From positions 44,392,001 through 44,456,000 of the forward strand of contig NC_073384.1 in assembly GCF_028641065.1 (NCBI RefSeq): a stretch of 64,000 nucleotides of DNA, in the 5' to 3' direction. The notes beneath the pieces are model-generated. The model saw only the letters and a program-made list of their open reading frames with translations. It did not search any database and was not told where the DNA came from. Numbering within the stretch: position 1 is the first letter of the stretch; every line of letters begins with the position of its first letter. The translations under genes were made by a program, and so were the position numbers. The DNA is from Leucoraja erinacea (taxonomy: Eukaryota). Positions 25,400 to 38,499 of this stretch are shown in pieces.

Positions 25400-26316
25400 G
25401 GTGTTTATGGTTCCATACACTCACGACTGTGTGGCCAAATTTGGCTTTAACTACCTACAAGTTTACAGATGACACCACTGTGGTAGTTGGATTATGAGCA
25501 ATGACAAGACAGAATACAGGAAGTAAATAACTTAATAACATGGTGTCAAGCCAACAACCTCTTTCGCAATGGCAGCAAAGCAAAGGAGCTAATTATCAAC
25601 TTCAGGAAACATGGTAGAGTACATGCCCCAATCAGCATCAATGGTGCTGAAGTGGAAATGGTTGAGTGTTATGTTCCTTGCCGTTAATATTACCAACAAT
25701 CTGTGTGCACCAACCACATTGGAGCACCAGCCAAGAAGGCACACCAACACCTCTACTTCTTGATGCCACAAAATTTGGCATGTCTCCAATGACTCTTACA
25801 AACTTCTACAGATGCATCATAGAAACAATACTGTTGGGGTACGTTGCGGCTTGGTTTGGGAACAGCTCTGCCCGGACTGCAAAAAATTGTAGTTATGGAT
25901 CCATCACACAGGCAAGACTCTCCATTGACTCCAAATATGCCTCATAATGCCTTGGAAAAGCAACAACATAATCAATATCTTGTCCCATCCTGATCATTCA
26001 CTCTTCTCCCCATTCCCATTTGGCAGAAGGGACAGAAGCTTGAAAGCATGCACCACCAGACTCAGCAACAGCTTCTTGTCCTCTGTTATCAGGCTTCTGA
26101 ATGGTCCTTCCATAAGATCTACTGTCCAATCTACCTCTACCCCATTGTGGACATTGGATTTTGTCTATGTGACTGGTGCCTACAATGCTGAGAACTATAT
26201 TCTGAACACTTTATTCCTCTTGATTGTATTGTATTATTTGATATGATTGAATAGCATTGACAACACAACATTTCAGTCCCTCAGTACATGTGACAACAAT
26301 AATAAACCTAAACCTA
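25400..26316 (+). mobile_element. Rex1/Babar LINE 3' fragment, degenerate
   Basis: KFTDDTTVV-like start; LTNFYRCIIETIL..AAWFGNS; TTRLSNSFLSSVIRLLN; tail aataaacctaaacctaa. Confidence 0.85.
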
Positions 26317-26699
26317 ATCTTATTCAGTCTAGCAAGGAAGCCTTTTTTTAAATCAAATATTTCAATGATATGATTCTCTCGAAATGTATCCAGAATTTAA
26401 AAAATGCTTTGTTGTAATCTTCTTGCAGAACCTATTTTAATAAAGCTTATTCTGTTAAGCATAAATTAGCAATGATAATTTTCAATTAGAGGAATATCAT
26501 AATGCACATTCAATTAGCATGTTAATTAATTATCCAGTGCTGCTCACAAGCTATCTTCTGTCAGTCTCAGGCATCCTCTCTGATCGTCCAACCATGGTGT
26601 TAACTTGGTCCAATATTTCCTACTTAAGAGATTTGACAGAAACATATTTTTCAATGTGTTCTTGTGCGTGTGTTATTGGCAATTTATTGTTCATTTTTA

Positions 26700-26990
26700 A
26701 TTGCAACATTGAGAAGGCATTTAAGAATCAAACGCACTGGTCTTGAGTCACATATAGGTCAGACCGGTAAGCGTAATCAGAAGAATGTTAGCAGATTGTT
26801 TTTTAATTATAGTCCATTAATTCCATGGTTATCATTGGTGAGACTAGCTTACTTTATGATTCCAAATTTATTTAATTAGTTGAATATAAATGTCCCAATT
26901 GCCATGATGGGATTTAAGATTATGTCTTTGGAACAGTGGTCCAGGTCTCTGGCTGCTAGTTCAGTAACTTAACCATTGCACCACACATGG
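26700..26990 (-). mobile_element. Old elasmobranch tRNA-derived SINE remnant (related pieces near 60690-60820 and 63780-64000)
   Basis: Reverse-complement head gtggtgcaatggttaagttactgaactagcagccagagacctgg; core 'gagtcacatataggtcagacc'. Confidence 0.5.
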
Positions 26991-27652
26991 AATCATCTTT
27001 AATCATACATTAACACCTTTAAGAGATGAAAGAAAAAAAAAACATGAAAAATACAGAAAGCTGTCAGCGCTTCTTAAGTCCATTTAATTTCATGTATCTG
27101 GTTTACATTGTATTCATTCAAATACCTGTGGCTGCATTCACTGTGGTGAAACACTTGGAAGAATGTACAGATAAATATGCACAAAAAAAGATAAAGAGAC
27201 ACTGAAGTAAAATGTTACGTTTGTGCCAATTACTGTCAGCTACTTTTGTTGTTGTTTGTCAAGGACAAAAATCAGGGCAAAAGAATGCTGAAGTCACAGC
27301 CCACAGCAGGTAAACATCTTCCATTTAGGTGTGGTTCAGTTTATGTGTGTTATCATACAATTACATATGAGAAAATATGCTTATTCACATTAATGATTTT
27401 GTGGATGTTGTTAAGAATATCAGCTCAGAATTCTGGGCATGGAAAGAGCATTACAGCAAGTAATTCTATGGTGAGAATTTAAAGTAACGTGGAGAACAAA
27501 AGGAAGACGTACAATTATATAGATCCTGTCATAAGCTCAGGACATTCCAAAGAACCTCACAGTCAATGAAGTGTTCTTGAAGTCAAATAACTTTTGCAAC
27601 TAATTTATGCACTGCAAACATTCTCATCAGGAAATAACCACTGTTTCGTGGG

Positions 27653-27825
27653 ATAGACACAAAATGCTGGAATAATTCAGCGGGTCAGGCAGCATCTCTG
27701 AAGAAAAGGAATAGGTGACTTTTCAGATCCAAACCCTTCTTCAGACTGGAAGGAGTCTGAAGAAGAGTTTTGACCCAAAACTTCCCCTATCTCTGATGTA
27801 AACCAGCCTCGTGGTTCCTTTCTAT
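27653..27825. mobile_element. Short fold-back Penelope-derived element with two opposed hammerhead-like motifs
   Basis: cccttcttcagact...agtctgaagaagag inverted pair; TSD ACTGTTTC(G/T)TGGG at 27640-27652 and 27826-27838. Confidence 0.7.
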
Positions 27826-28029
27826 ACTGTTTCTTGGGTTATTGATTAGGGGATTAACATAATCCAGGACAGGTACTGTCTGTCCACCCCTCTATATCTC
27901 TCATAATTTTATATACTTGTATCGTCCAGGTTAATAAGCCTCCTACTCGCTTCTGAAACAACGATTTTTATAACAATTTTTATAATGGCAAAACATCCCA
28001 AGGCACTTGACAGTTCATTTTTTGATAGA

Positions 28030-28560
28030 ACACAGAATATAGCACAAGAACAGGCACTTTGGCTCACAATGTTTGTGCCACATTAAACTGATCTCATCTG
28101 CCCGTACATGATCCATATCCCTCCATTCATTCCACCACCATGTGCCTATCTAAAAGCTTCTTAAACTCCACTATCATATCTGCCTCTGCCACAGCCCCTG
28201 ATAATGCATTCCAAGCCCTCACTACTCTGTGCAAAAAAACTTGCCCCACACATCCCCATTAAACTTTCCCCTCCCACCTTATAGCAATGCCCTCCAGTGT
28301 TGGACACTGCCACCTTGAAAAAAAAGATTCCGACTATCCACCCTATTTATCCCTATATAATTTTGTATACTTCTATCAAGTCTTCCCTCAAGTTCTGATG
28401 CTCCAGAAAAAACAATCCAAGTCTATCCACTCTCCCTGCAGTTGAAACCCTTCAATCCAGTCAGCATTCAGGTAAACCTCCTCTGTGCCCTTTCCAAAAC
28501 GTCCATATCTTTCCTGTAATGTAGAGACCAGAAATGCACATGAATTGCAAAGGTAATTGA
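28030..28560 (-). mobile_element. Older CR1 LINE 3' fragment
   Basis: ctgccacagcccctgataatgcattccaagccctcactactctgtg is the reverse complement of a CR1-type RVV.AWNALP..V motif. Confidence 0.7.
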
Positions 28561-29434
28561 CCAAAAGCTTGATCAAACTGCTGGCCTTTGAGGAACTTCT
28601 TAAAGAAAGAGAGGTAGAGATTCAGAAATATTTAAATAGATTCCGAAGTTTAAGTGCAGAAAGCGTGGCTATCAATGGATGACAATTAATCTTGGAGATG
28701 ATCAAGGGACCAGAAATTCGAAGAGCAGTGGTATCCTTGAGGTTTTTTTAAGTATGAAAGAAACTAAAGAAATCTAAAGCAATAAGGGCATGGGAAAATT
28801 TGAAAACAAGCGCGAGAGTATTAAAAAAAAATAAGGTGTTGTTGTAGTTTAAAAACCAAAGGAAGATAAGTGAACAGGTCTGGTACCTGCCAGGATGTAG
28901 TACCGAGTTTTGGACAACCTCAAGGATAGTAATGAAGGAGACCAACATGCAGTGTATTGAAATGATCATTCAGAGAGAGCAGCAGCAATGAGACAGGGGC
29001 AAGGTCATGCAATATTAAAGGTGGAAACAGGCAGCATTATGATGCCACATACATGTTATCTGAACCAATATTAGAAGCAAATATGATGTAAAGATCATGA
29101 ACCGCTTGATTCCGTTTTGAACATGTCTGAATGGGGTTTGGAGTCATTGGCTCTGGAAGAATATTTGTAATGGGCATCAACGTTTTCTGATGATAAAGTT
29201 AGATGGCATTGTGGGCAAGGAGGATGCAGAGGGGTTTTAGAAAGAGATATCAGGTTGTGCATAAATGGGTATCATCTGTTCAGGCAGCATTTGTGAAAAG
29301 AGAAATTAAGCTAATGTTTCAGGTCAAACACAGTCTTCAGAACTCAGGAGAAAAAACAAGCAGCTTTTTTATGTTGCAGGGTGAGTTGGTTAGGACAATA
29401 TCTCTGATAGGGCAATGCCAGGATTGCTGTAGAG

Positions 29435-29439
<5 letters not shown>

Positions 29440-29504
<65 letters not shown>
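29440..29504. repeat. (GT)n microsatellite, ~32 units
   Basis: Perfect dinucleotide run. Confidence 0.98.
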
Positions 29505-29505
<1 letters not shown>

Positions 29506-29887
29506 CAAGGGAGGCGCACACACTCTCACAAGATTCTGCCTGACCCACTGGGTTACTCCAGCACTGTCATTTTTTGCAGATGATGGAATCTTTTACAAAA
29601 AAAATAAAAAGCGCTGGAGGAACTCAGCAGGACAAGCAGCATCTCTGGAAGGAAATGGCCAAATTATGTTTTTGGTCGCAACCCTTCTTCAGACATATCT
29701 GTAAATTAGCTCACCTGAATAATGGAGAGAATGAGATCCTCTGTTCAGAAAGCTATGAAATGAGGGCTTACCATATTAAAAGGTGTGCACTATACTAGGG
29801 CTGCAGGACATGCCCAACAGGACTGAGTCAAGCTTCTATCTCAATATCTCCACTCCTTCACTAAGTTCCATTCGTACGTCATACTCT

Positions 29888-31268
29888 TAGATTCAGATTC
29901 ACATTCAACTTTAATTGTCATTGTCATTGTACAGTACAGAGACAACAAAATGCAGTTAGCATCTCCCTGGAAGAGCGACGGGGGGTGATTGGCAGTCACC
30001 GAGGTACATTGTTGAGTAGAGTGACAGCTGCAGGGAAGAAGCTGTTCCTGGACCTGCTGGTCCGGCAACGGAGAGACCTGTAGCGCCTCCCGGATGGTAG
30101 GAGGGTAAACAGTCCATGGTTGGAGTGAGAGCAGTCCTTGGCGATGCTGAGCGCCCTCTGCAGACAACGCTTGCTTTGGACAGACTCAATGGAGGGGAGC
30201 GAGGAACCGGTGATGCGTTGGGCAATTTTCACCACCCTCTGCAGTGCTTTCCGGTCGGAGACAGAGCAGTTGCCATACCATACTGTGATACAGTTGGTAA
30301 GGATGCTCTCGATTGTGCAGCGGTAGAAGTTCACCAGGATCTGAGGAGACAGATGGACCTTCTTCAGTCTCCTCAGGAAGAAGAGACGCTGGTGAGCCTT
30401 CTTGATCAGAGTTGAGGTATTGTGAGTCCAAGAGAGGTCATCGGAGATGTTGACTCCCAGGAACCTGAAGCTCGAAACACGTTCCACCTCCGTCCTGTTG
30501 ATGTGGATGGGGGTGTGCGTGCCACCCCTAGACTTCCTGAAGTCTACAATGAGCTCCTTGGTCTTCTTGTGGCTAAGGGCCAGGTTGTTGTCAGCGCACC
30601 ATGCTGCTAGGCGCTGGACCTCCTCCCTATAGGCCGACTCGTCGTTGTTGCTGATGAGGCCAATCACCGTTGTATCATCTGCATACTTGATGATGGTGTT
30701 AGTACCATGTACAGGTGTGCAGTCGTAGGTGAAGAGGGTGTAGATGAGGGGGCTCAGCACACAGCCCTGTGGAACGCCGGTGTTCAGGGTGAGGGTTGAA
30801 GAGGTGTGCTTGTCTAACCTAACAGACTGGGGTCTGTTGGTTAGAAAGTCCAGTATCCAGTTGCAGAGGGAGGGGTCGATGCCCAGGTTACCGAGTTTGG
30901 TGATCAGTTTAGATGGTATAATGGTGTTGAATGCTGAGCTGTAATCGATGATCAGCATTCTTACGTAAGTGTCTCTGTTGTCGAGGTGGGAGAGGGCAGA
31001 GTGAAGTGCCGTTGAGATGGCATCCTCCGAACTCCTATTCTTGCGGTAGGCAAACTGATAGGGATCCAGTGTGGGGGGTAGGCAGCCTTTGAGGTGTGCC
31101 AGGACCAGGCTCTCGAAGCACTTGGTGATGATGGGGGTAAGTGCAACTGGGCGGAAGTCGTTAAGGCTTGCCGCAGTGGAGTGTTTTGGCACTGGCACGA
31201 TGGAGGTGGTTTTAAGGCACGTGGGGACAACTGCTTGGGCAAATGACAGGTTGAAGATGTCAGTCCAG
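29888..31268 (-). mobile_element. Rex1/Babar LINE, 5'-truncated, with uninterrupted 400-aa RT-to-C-terminus ORF (29996-31198)
   Basis: [47 protein letters not shown]; (TGAATC)-like tail; TSD ACGTCATAC(T/C)CT at 29876-29887 and 31269-31280. Confidence 0.95.
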
Positions 31269-34087
31269 ACGTCATACCCTCATACCCGCCATCTAATTCC
31301 ACCCATCGCCTATCAGCCTATCTCACTCCCCTACCTATATACTGGCTATCGTCCCTCGACACTCTCAATCTTGATGCAGGGTCTCAGCCCAAAACATCGA
31401 CCATCCCCTTGCCTCCTCAGATGCTGCTTGTTTTTTTTTTACAGTTTATTTTTTTGTTCTCAGATGGTTGACCTCCCTTTCTGATAGACACAAAAAGTCA
31501 GTTACCTGAAGCTGTATAATTCAATATTGATTCTAGAAGGCTTCAATGTGCCTTGATATAAGATGAGTGGCAAGTTTTCATTGGACTTTGTCATAAAGAC
31601 ACAGGCAGCCACAGACAGATAGGTCAGATGGGAATGGGAGGGAGAATTAAAGTGGCAGGCTACAGTAAGCTTCCCACAGATGCTGCCTTATCTGCCGAGT
31701 ATTTCCAGCATTTTCTGTTTTTATTTCCAGCATTTTCTGTTTTTATTTCTAATTTTAGCAAATGTAATTTCTTCATTTTTGACATTTTCTGTATAATTTT
31801 TATATTTTATAAATATTCCACAAAAGAATATAATATCAATGCTGTTTTTTTTAAAATCTCGTCTCTATTGTTTGCCCTTTTGCTCTCTATCTTCAGCGTT
31901 TACCTTTTCGTTTTACTATTTACTAGCGTTCCCATTTGAATTTTGCGAGGGCGGGTAGTTTTCTTTCAAATACTAGTCCTTAGTGTCCGTGGCACCATGA
32001 ATGGATTTTTTTAAAAAACATGTCATCAACAACTTTAGCCCTTGTACCTCTGCTGCCTCGCACTTTCACCCTGGCGCAGATTTGTTTCGTCGATCCATTC
32101 TCCTTAAAACTGATAAATGTCAAATGCTAAGTCGGGAATTGCCTATTGTATGTGATTGTTCGGGAACAGGGGGGTTTCAACTCGGCTTGCTTCCCATTTG
32201 TGATGGTGCTCCCTCTACCCTCCCGCTCGAAATCCGAATACAGGAAAGTCTTCCACTGTGTTCACGATAGACACTGTCCACTGCTCCTACGCATGCGTGA
32301 TGTTTCCACCCTAGTTACTGCATTGCACCACTGACTCACGGTAACAAACATCACCCAGCAACCGAACGCAGACGGGAGAAGTTCGTCTCCAGTTCAATAA
32401 CATATTATAAAACAGATAAATAATAAATAACTCGGCAACATATTTTGACATAATTGTTAGCCTTTAGCCACATTTTGCTAGGGCAAAATGCACAACCTGA
32501 GAACTTGAAAAATATCATACTTTACATCACTGAGCAGGCTCTTCGTTTACACTGTGCCTCATTGCTGTTGAAAGTTATGCAAAATCAAAAATGAGATAAT
32601 ACCAGAATCCATTGTGCAAAGTATGACATATTCAAAATCTTTCCTTCCCTGTATGCATTCACTTATCAAAGCAACAGAAAAGTTTTAAAGGATAAAGCAA
32701 TTATAATTTTCACAAATAAGCAATTATAAATATACCAGTTACTTTAAAATGTGTTTCATATTAGTTTGCTGGCATGCATCATAAAATACGTACATTCTAT
32801 CATTAATGAATGAACAATATTTGTGAATCAGAAAGATACAAAATGTCAGGAATAAGGCTAAATTTAGTTTGACATTGTCTGCATGAAATGTAATCCAATA
32901 TTGTCATTTCAGCAAATCTATCCAATTGAAGCATTGTGGTTCAGGACTTCGTACAACTTAATATCTGCCTTTGCAGAAAGGGGGAGAAATTGCCTTGATC
33001 ATAATAGTTCTGTAATTGAAACTGTGAAAAGTGAACAATGGTGTATGTCTACTCAAACAACTATGATATATGCACTATACTAAATGTGTTTGAAATTTTC
33101 ACAAATATAAACAGTAAAGTACTTCAGAATAGTAAACACATAAAATACCTGATTATTTAAACCTGTAAGCTTCATTGATAATTATTAGGGACAATTACCA
33201 CCATCTTTATGTTTAAGGCTTGATAACCTACCAAATGAATTGCATAATTTGAGCCTCTGCTTCCTTAATATGAAATATTTATACAAATCAAACAAACGTA
33301 CTTAAATACAGAAAATGTTAGTGCAAATTGGCATCAGCCAAAACATATGCACAATATACTGCTGACAGTTAACTGGATAAGATGCATTGACTGATCAGCT
33401 TGTGTGTCCAGTGTGCATCACCTTGTGCATTTTGACTGCTTTTTCTTAGGTTTTGGATAGCAGTCAATTTACTACAATTTTGTCCAAAAGGATTGGAACT
33501 GTTGCCCAGATTTGTCTCTTCTCTGGTATTTTCAAACTATGTTTTAGAACAAAACAATGACTTTCCTGTTCAGTTACAGAGCCACAAATTGCCAGATTTA
33601 TTGCTATCAATTTCAGGATTTACCATAAACCTCTCACTCTGGGTTGGCTCTGCAATAAAAGAATGACATTGTTGATGTGGATCAGCAGAAACAACCACCC
33701 TCAAATGGCTGGGGGTGGGGGGGGTTGAACTCAGCAGTTCAGGCAGCATCTGTGCAGGGAATGGACAGGCAACATTTTGAGTCGGGACCTTTCTTCAGTC
33801 ACCCCAAAATGACAGATACATTTCAGATTTTGTCAATTACTCACACTCCAGTCGATTATGAGCAAGTACTGCAGATCTACCTAACTTTGGTATTAGATTA
33901 TCACTTGTCACCAATTTTGTACCATCAGTCTTATCACATGCTCATTATGATAGCTATTGATTACTTCCTTACTCAAGAAGTGGATATTAGCATGTTGGTC
34001 ATTGGACAAATGATAGGTTTTGTGCATTATTAAGAGGCAATGAGTGAAAACTCCTTCAAAATGCATAATGAGCAATATAAACTAAAA

Positions 34088-34335
34088 TGACACAAAAATC
34101 TGGAGTAACTCAGTGGGTTATACAGCATCTCTGGAGAAATGGAATAGGAGACGTTTCGGGTCGAGACCCTTCTTCAGACCAAGAGTCAGCTGAGAGGGAA
34201 ACTAAAGGTATGAAGTTTTGGGTCAAAATGTCACCTATTCCTTTTCTCCAGAGATGCTATCTGACCCACTGAGTTATTCCAGTTTATTGTGTCTATCTTC
34301 AGTTTAAACCAGCATCTGCAGTTCCTTCCTCCAGA
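34088..34335. mobile_element. Short fold-back Penelope-derived element with an intact minimal hammerhead motif (- strand 34146-34180)
   Basis: Reverse complement GGT-CTGAAGA-A-GGGT-CTCG-ACCC-GAAA-C-GTC; inverted terminal repeat copies. Confidence 0.75.
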
Positions 34336-34994
34336 AAATTAAAATAAAATGTGAGCATATTCATCTCAGTAGAGCAACTAAAGGATGGCTTTGTGATGAA
34401 GGCCTCCTGCAGCAACTTTTCAACACTGCATGACACAAGTTACGAACAGCAGCTACTAATTTTTGAATTCAAGTTTCCAAGTAACACATTCTAATAGCTG
34501 ACATCCAAACAAACAGATTTTTTTCAGATCAGACAATGAAGTGCCACACCAACTAACCTTGTTGGAGAAGTCTTATGTCAAAATGCCATATATTAAAGTT
34601 AACTTTTTGAATGTGGTTAAAGATTAATATGAATACTCAATTTAGTAACAAACTTGCAAAGCAAAAATTTGGAGAAGATGTGCAAAAATGTTAAGTTGCA
34701 TGTTACGTTGATTATGCATTATGGCTCACTCCTAGTGTAAATGGTCATAGTAATGTTTGGAGTTTGTTTGGTTGTTTGTTTGTCTTTTTGCACAAAGTCC
34801 GCGAGCATTGCCACTTTTCATTTCACTGCACATCTCGTATGTGTATGTGACGAATAAACTTGACTTGACTAATAATTCTGATCTATTTGCCCTCTATGCC
34901 ACTGATCACATTTAAGTAACAGTCATGGATCAGTTGGAAGTCAAGATTGTGGATTCCATTCCAGAGACTCGAGTACAAGAACAGAGGATGACAC

Positions 34995-35285
34995 AGAAAC
35001 ATAGAAATTAGGTGCAGGAGTAGGCCATTCGGCCCTTCGAGCCTGCACCGCCATTCAATATGATCATGGCTGATCATCCAACTCAGTATCCTGTACCTGC
35101 CTTCTCTCCATACCCCCTGATCCCTTTAGCCACAAGAACCACATCTAACCATTAAATATAGCCAATGAACTGGCCTCAACTACCTTCTGTGGCAGAGAAT
35201 TCCAGAGATTCACCACTGTGTGAAAAATGTTTTTCTCATCTCGGTCCTAAAAGATTTCCCCCTTATCCTTAAACTGCGACCCCCT
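34995..35285 (-). mobile_element. CR1 LINE 3' end (near-identical to 2355-2652)
   Basis: Same sequence family and (TTTCTATG) tail. Confidence 0.9.
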
Positions 35286-36959
35286 GTGACACCTGAATCC
35301 AAAACTAAATGAGTGGAATATTGTCAGAAATCTGTGAGAAATATCCATGGGATTGTAATTTAAGTTATTTTATGAATCAGGCATTGTCCTCCATAGAGCA
35401 TCAAATGTTGAGAGATTTTATAAAGATCATGGCAGAGTTAGGGAGGGTAATAGGAGAGAAACTGTCAAGAGTCAGTGGTCACATATTTGAATTCAAAATA
35501 TCCAGAGGAAAATATTTTTATGCAGATGGTAGTTATGACGTAATAAAATTCCTCAAAATGTGGTAACTGTACATTCATGTGTGGCCTTCTAGATAGGAAA
35601 TGAATACATGTTCAAAAGGGCTGTGAAGAAATAACAAGGAAACATAACTGAGTTATTGACAGCAGAAGTTTAAAATTTACAATATTTAAAAATAGTTTAA
35701 ATAGTAAGAATGCAAAATGTTTCATACAACAAAGTAAGTTAACTGTAAAAAACAGAATTGAGACAGTCCAACTCAATTCTATGACATAAACAGATATTGT
35801 TTGGAAATCTACAACAGTACAACCCATTGCTTACAAGACGTTTATTGGCAGAAATAGGAGGAAGGTGAGGAACAAAACATCAGACTATCACTCAACAGCA
35901 TATAGTGTATTTTTTTTGTAACTTTACAAGTATCAATAGCTAACAAGCAACAATTTGGTTACAGAAAGCAAGATATTCAGTTCCTCCCTCTTAAATAATC
36001 TTTCCACATTAATTTAGGAAAATACAGTGGATGGAGAAAATAAGATAATTATGCAAGGAGATATGCAGATGCTTAACTACCTAAATAAATGTGATTACTG
36101 TATATGCACTTAAAATTAATTGTGACACAATAATATTAGGACCTCAAAGTTGAAGCAGCTCGTTTTGACTCAAGTCATTAATAAGTTGCCGTTATCTGTG
36201 GCACACAATTCTAAGGCCCCAATCTTGTACTACCACATAATGTGTGTGCGCTGAAACATGAAATATCTACAGTGCAGAATTGTAACATTAAATAGTACTT
36301 TACATTTTTCTAAACGTTAAATTACAGCAATTTGTGAGATGTGTATTATTTCCTAACATTTAACAGGTGTCTTGCTATTAAAACAAATCGATTCAGAAAC
36401 CTGCTTAGAATATTACTAGGCAGTAAACCAAGCCAAACAACAAAGTTAAAGGAATGAGATCTTACAAACTGCAACAGTTTTAATCTTCAAGGAAATAAAA
36501 CTAATCGTGCCATATTAAAATATCTCCAGAAAATATTCAGCAACCGTGCACATATTAAAACAGGCCGAAGTTACAAAACTATATAAGAAAATTATAAAGA
36601 ATTACAAAGACGTCAGGCAAAAAATTGTTTATAATATTAAAAATCTTCAACTGGCGAATACCAACCGTAACAATAAAGATATACACGTGCATCTTTAACA
36701 GGAACCACGGCCACATGAACTTAATCCCAACTCCATTCCAAGTTAAACTACTGAAAACTTTGTTACGAGAAAATAAAATGTATAACACAAGATTTCTGCG
36801 TTCAAGTCACTACTCCAAGTGAATTAATACAGATGTCATATATTATGGAAGAAAATAACATTTTAAAACAATCCTCTATGTAGCTTGTACCAGGAAAATC
36901 AATAGGAACAGGTTAATATGTTAATACTGCAATGTGCATGTTAAATCAGCATCTATCAC

Positions 36960-38380
36960 GTCTGAGTCGCTCCTTTTTTTTCGCTTTACTACACCAAGCG
37001 CTGCACTGCGCCGAACCATGCCACACCACGCCGTAGTGCGCTAAGCAACCACCCCCTTCATGTGAAGACCGACAGTAAAAAGCAGTGAATAACAGAAGGA
37101 AGCAAGCGGACGCCAGGCAACGCCGCTACCCCGCACATTGACGCATTGCAGGTATGGCCCAGCCAATCAACGGCCGCAGAGGCACCGGCCGCTCCAGCGT
37201 CATGTGGGCTTCGTCTGCCTCCGCAGGAGTAAAATAATCCGCCCTAGCTCTTCGGGGCAGCTACAGAATTGGGCCACTTTATTCGGCCGAGGATAGAACT
37301 GGATTATGGAATCGAGCTGGTGACTTGATGTATAACCCATACAAAGACGGAGCTTTGGGTTGCTTCTGCAATAGTGGGGATGTCGGTTGGAGGAAGGGGG
37401 GTGGGGAGAGAAGCTGATCCGCGAAGATCGCGGTGGGCGGGGCCTGGGCGGAGGGATACGGGACAGAGAGGAGTTAAGCAGCCGCGGTGAGCGGGGGTGT
37501 TTATAGTCAGTGGCCGTGAACGTCTGAGGAGTTAAGGCGCCAGCGAACAACCGGTGATAAGTTAACGTAGCAAAATGGTGAGTTCTGCTCCACATCGGGA
37601 GTCTCTAGTCTACTATTTCCCACCTCCTCCTCCTCCTCCTCTCCCTGCGGTGCGGCAGGATAAGGTGGATGTTTCCAAACGTAGCCGCAGATATATAGAC
37701 GAGACTTTTTTTTGCTTTTCCGCCCTCCCGGTCGGCGGCGTGGGCTGGGAGTTTGGAGGGAGGATGAGAACCGCTGCAAAACCCACCGCGGCCCATTCGC
37801 CTCGTCTCGAATCTAATCTTAGCCTTCCCGTCCCCGCTATGAAGGCGGGTGATGGGCAAAGCGGGGAGTCGTTACATATCCGGGATGCGTGTTTTAAAAA
37901 AAAACCGATACTACCCGGGGCGTGTCACGTTCGGGTCACATCTTTATTTTAAATGTTTATTTTAATGCAGCCGCCGTGACCTTACCGTGTTTTTTTTTCC
38001 GCGGTGGTGGTTGCGTCCGCCCGCCCGCTCTCGCCGACCCTCCAATTCAAACTGCGGTAACGGTTCGGGCCGTTAATCGAACGCGAGACAAAGCTCAACG
38101 GCCGCGGGCGGGAGATCGAACCGCAGGGGCGCGCGCCAGCCACGGAGAGCGCGCGCGGTGACCCCCCACCCCCCCAGCGCGGCCCGGTAGGGCGGTGAGG
38201 TTAAGGGCTCTCGGACACGGTACAGGAGGGATGCAGACAAGGGAGGGTAGCTAGCTCTCCGATGACGGCTGATTTTAAATTATCAGCACTTCCGGCTGCA
38301 GACGCGCAATGCAGAAGTGAGGGAAGTGGCCACCGCAGCGCTTGGATCCGTCATCTGCAGCCCCGCTGCATGATGTTGGC
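36960..38380 (+). promoter_or_regulatory. CpG island / calmodulin promoter and first intron
   Basis: High CpG density; CRE-like TGACGCA 37139-37145, CCAAT 37163-37167, GC box GGGCGGGG at 37435; surrounds the ATG-only first coding exon. Confidence 0.85.
37575..37577 (+). CDS. CALM2: Calmodulin exon 1 (ATG only)
   Basis: gcaaaATG|gtgagt, the conserved ATG-only first coding exon of vertebrate calmodulin genes. Confidence 0.88.
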
Positions 38381-38499
38381 GAACTGACTTTCTTGAAAAA
38401 TAAAACTTGCCCTCTAACGCACTAATTTTGATGTGCATGTAACTTAAAGGTGTTTTGTGAAGAAATCTGAAACGTTTGTCCTACATCTTTTCTGTTAGA

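Noticed and set aside
29203-29704. ORFs with CV/HT repeats
   Set aside because: Translations of the (GT)n microsatellite.
37200-38161. Several ORFs over the CpG island
   Set aside because: GC-rich promoter/intron sequence; only the ATG at 37575 belongs to the calmodulin CDS.
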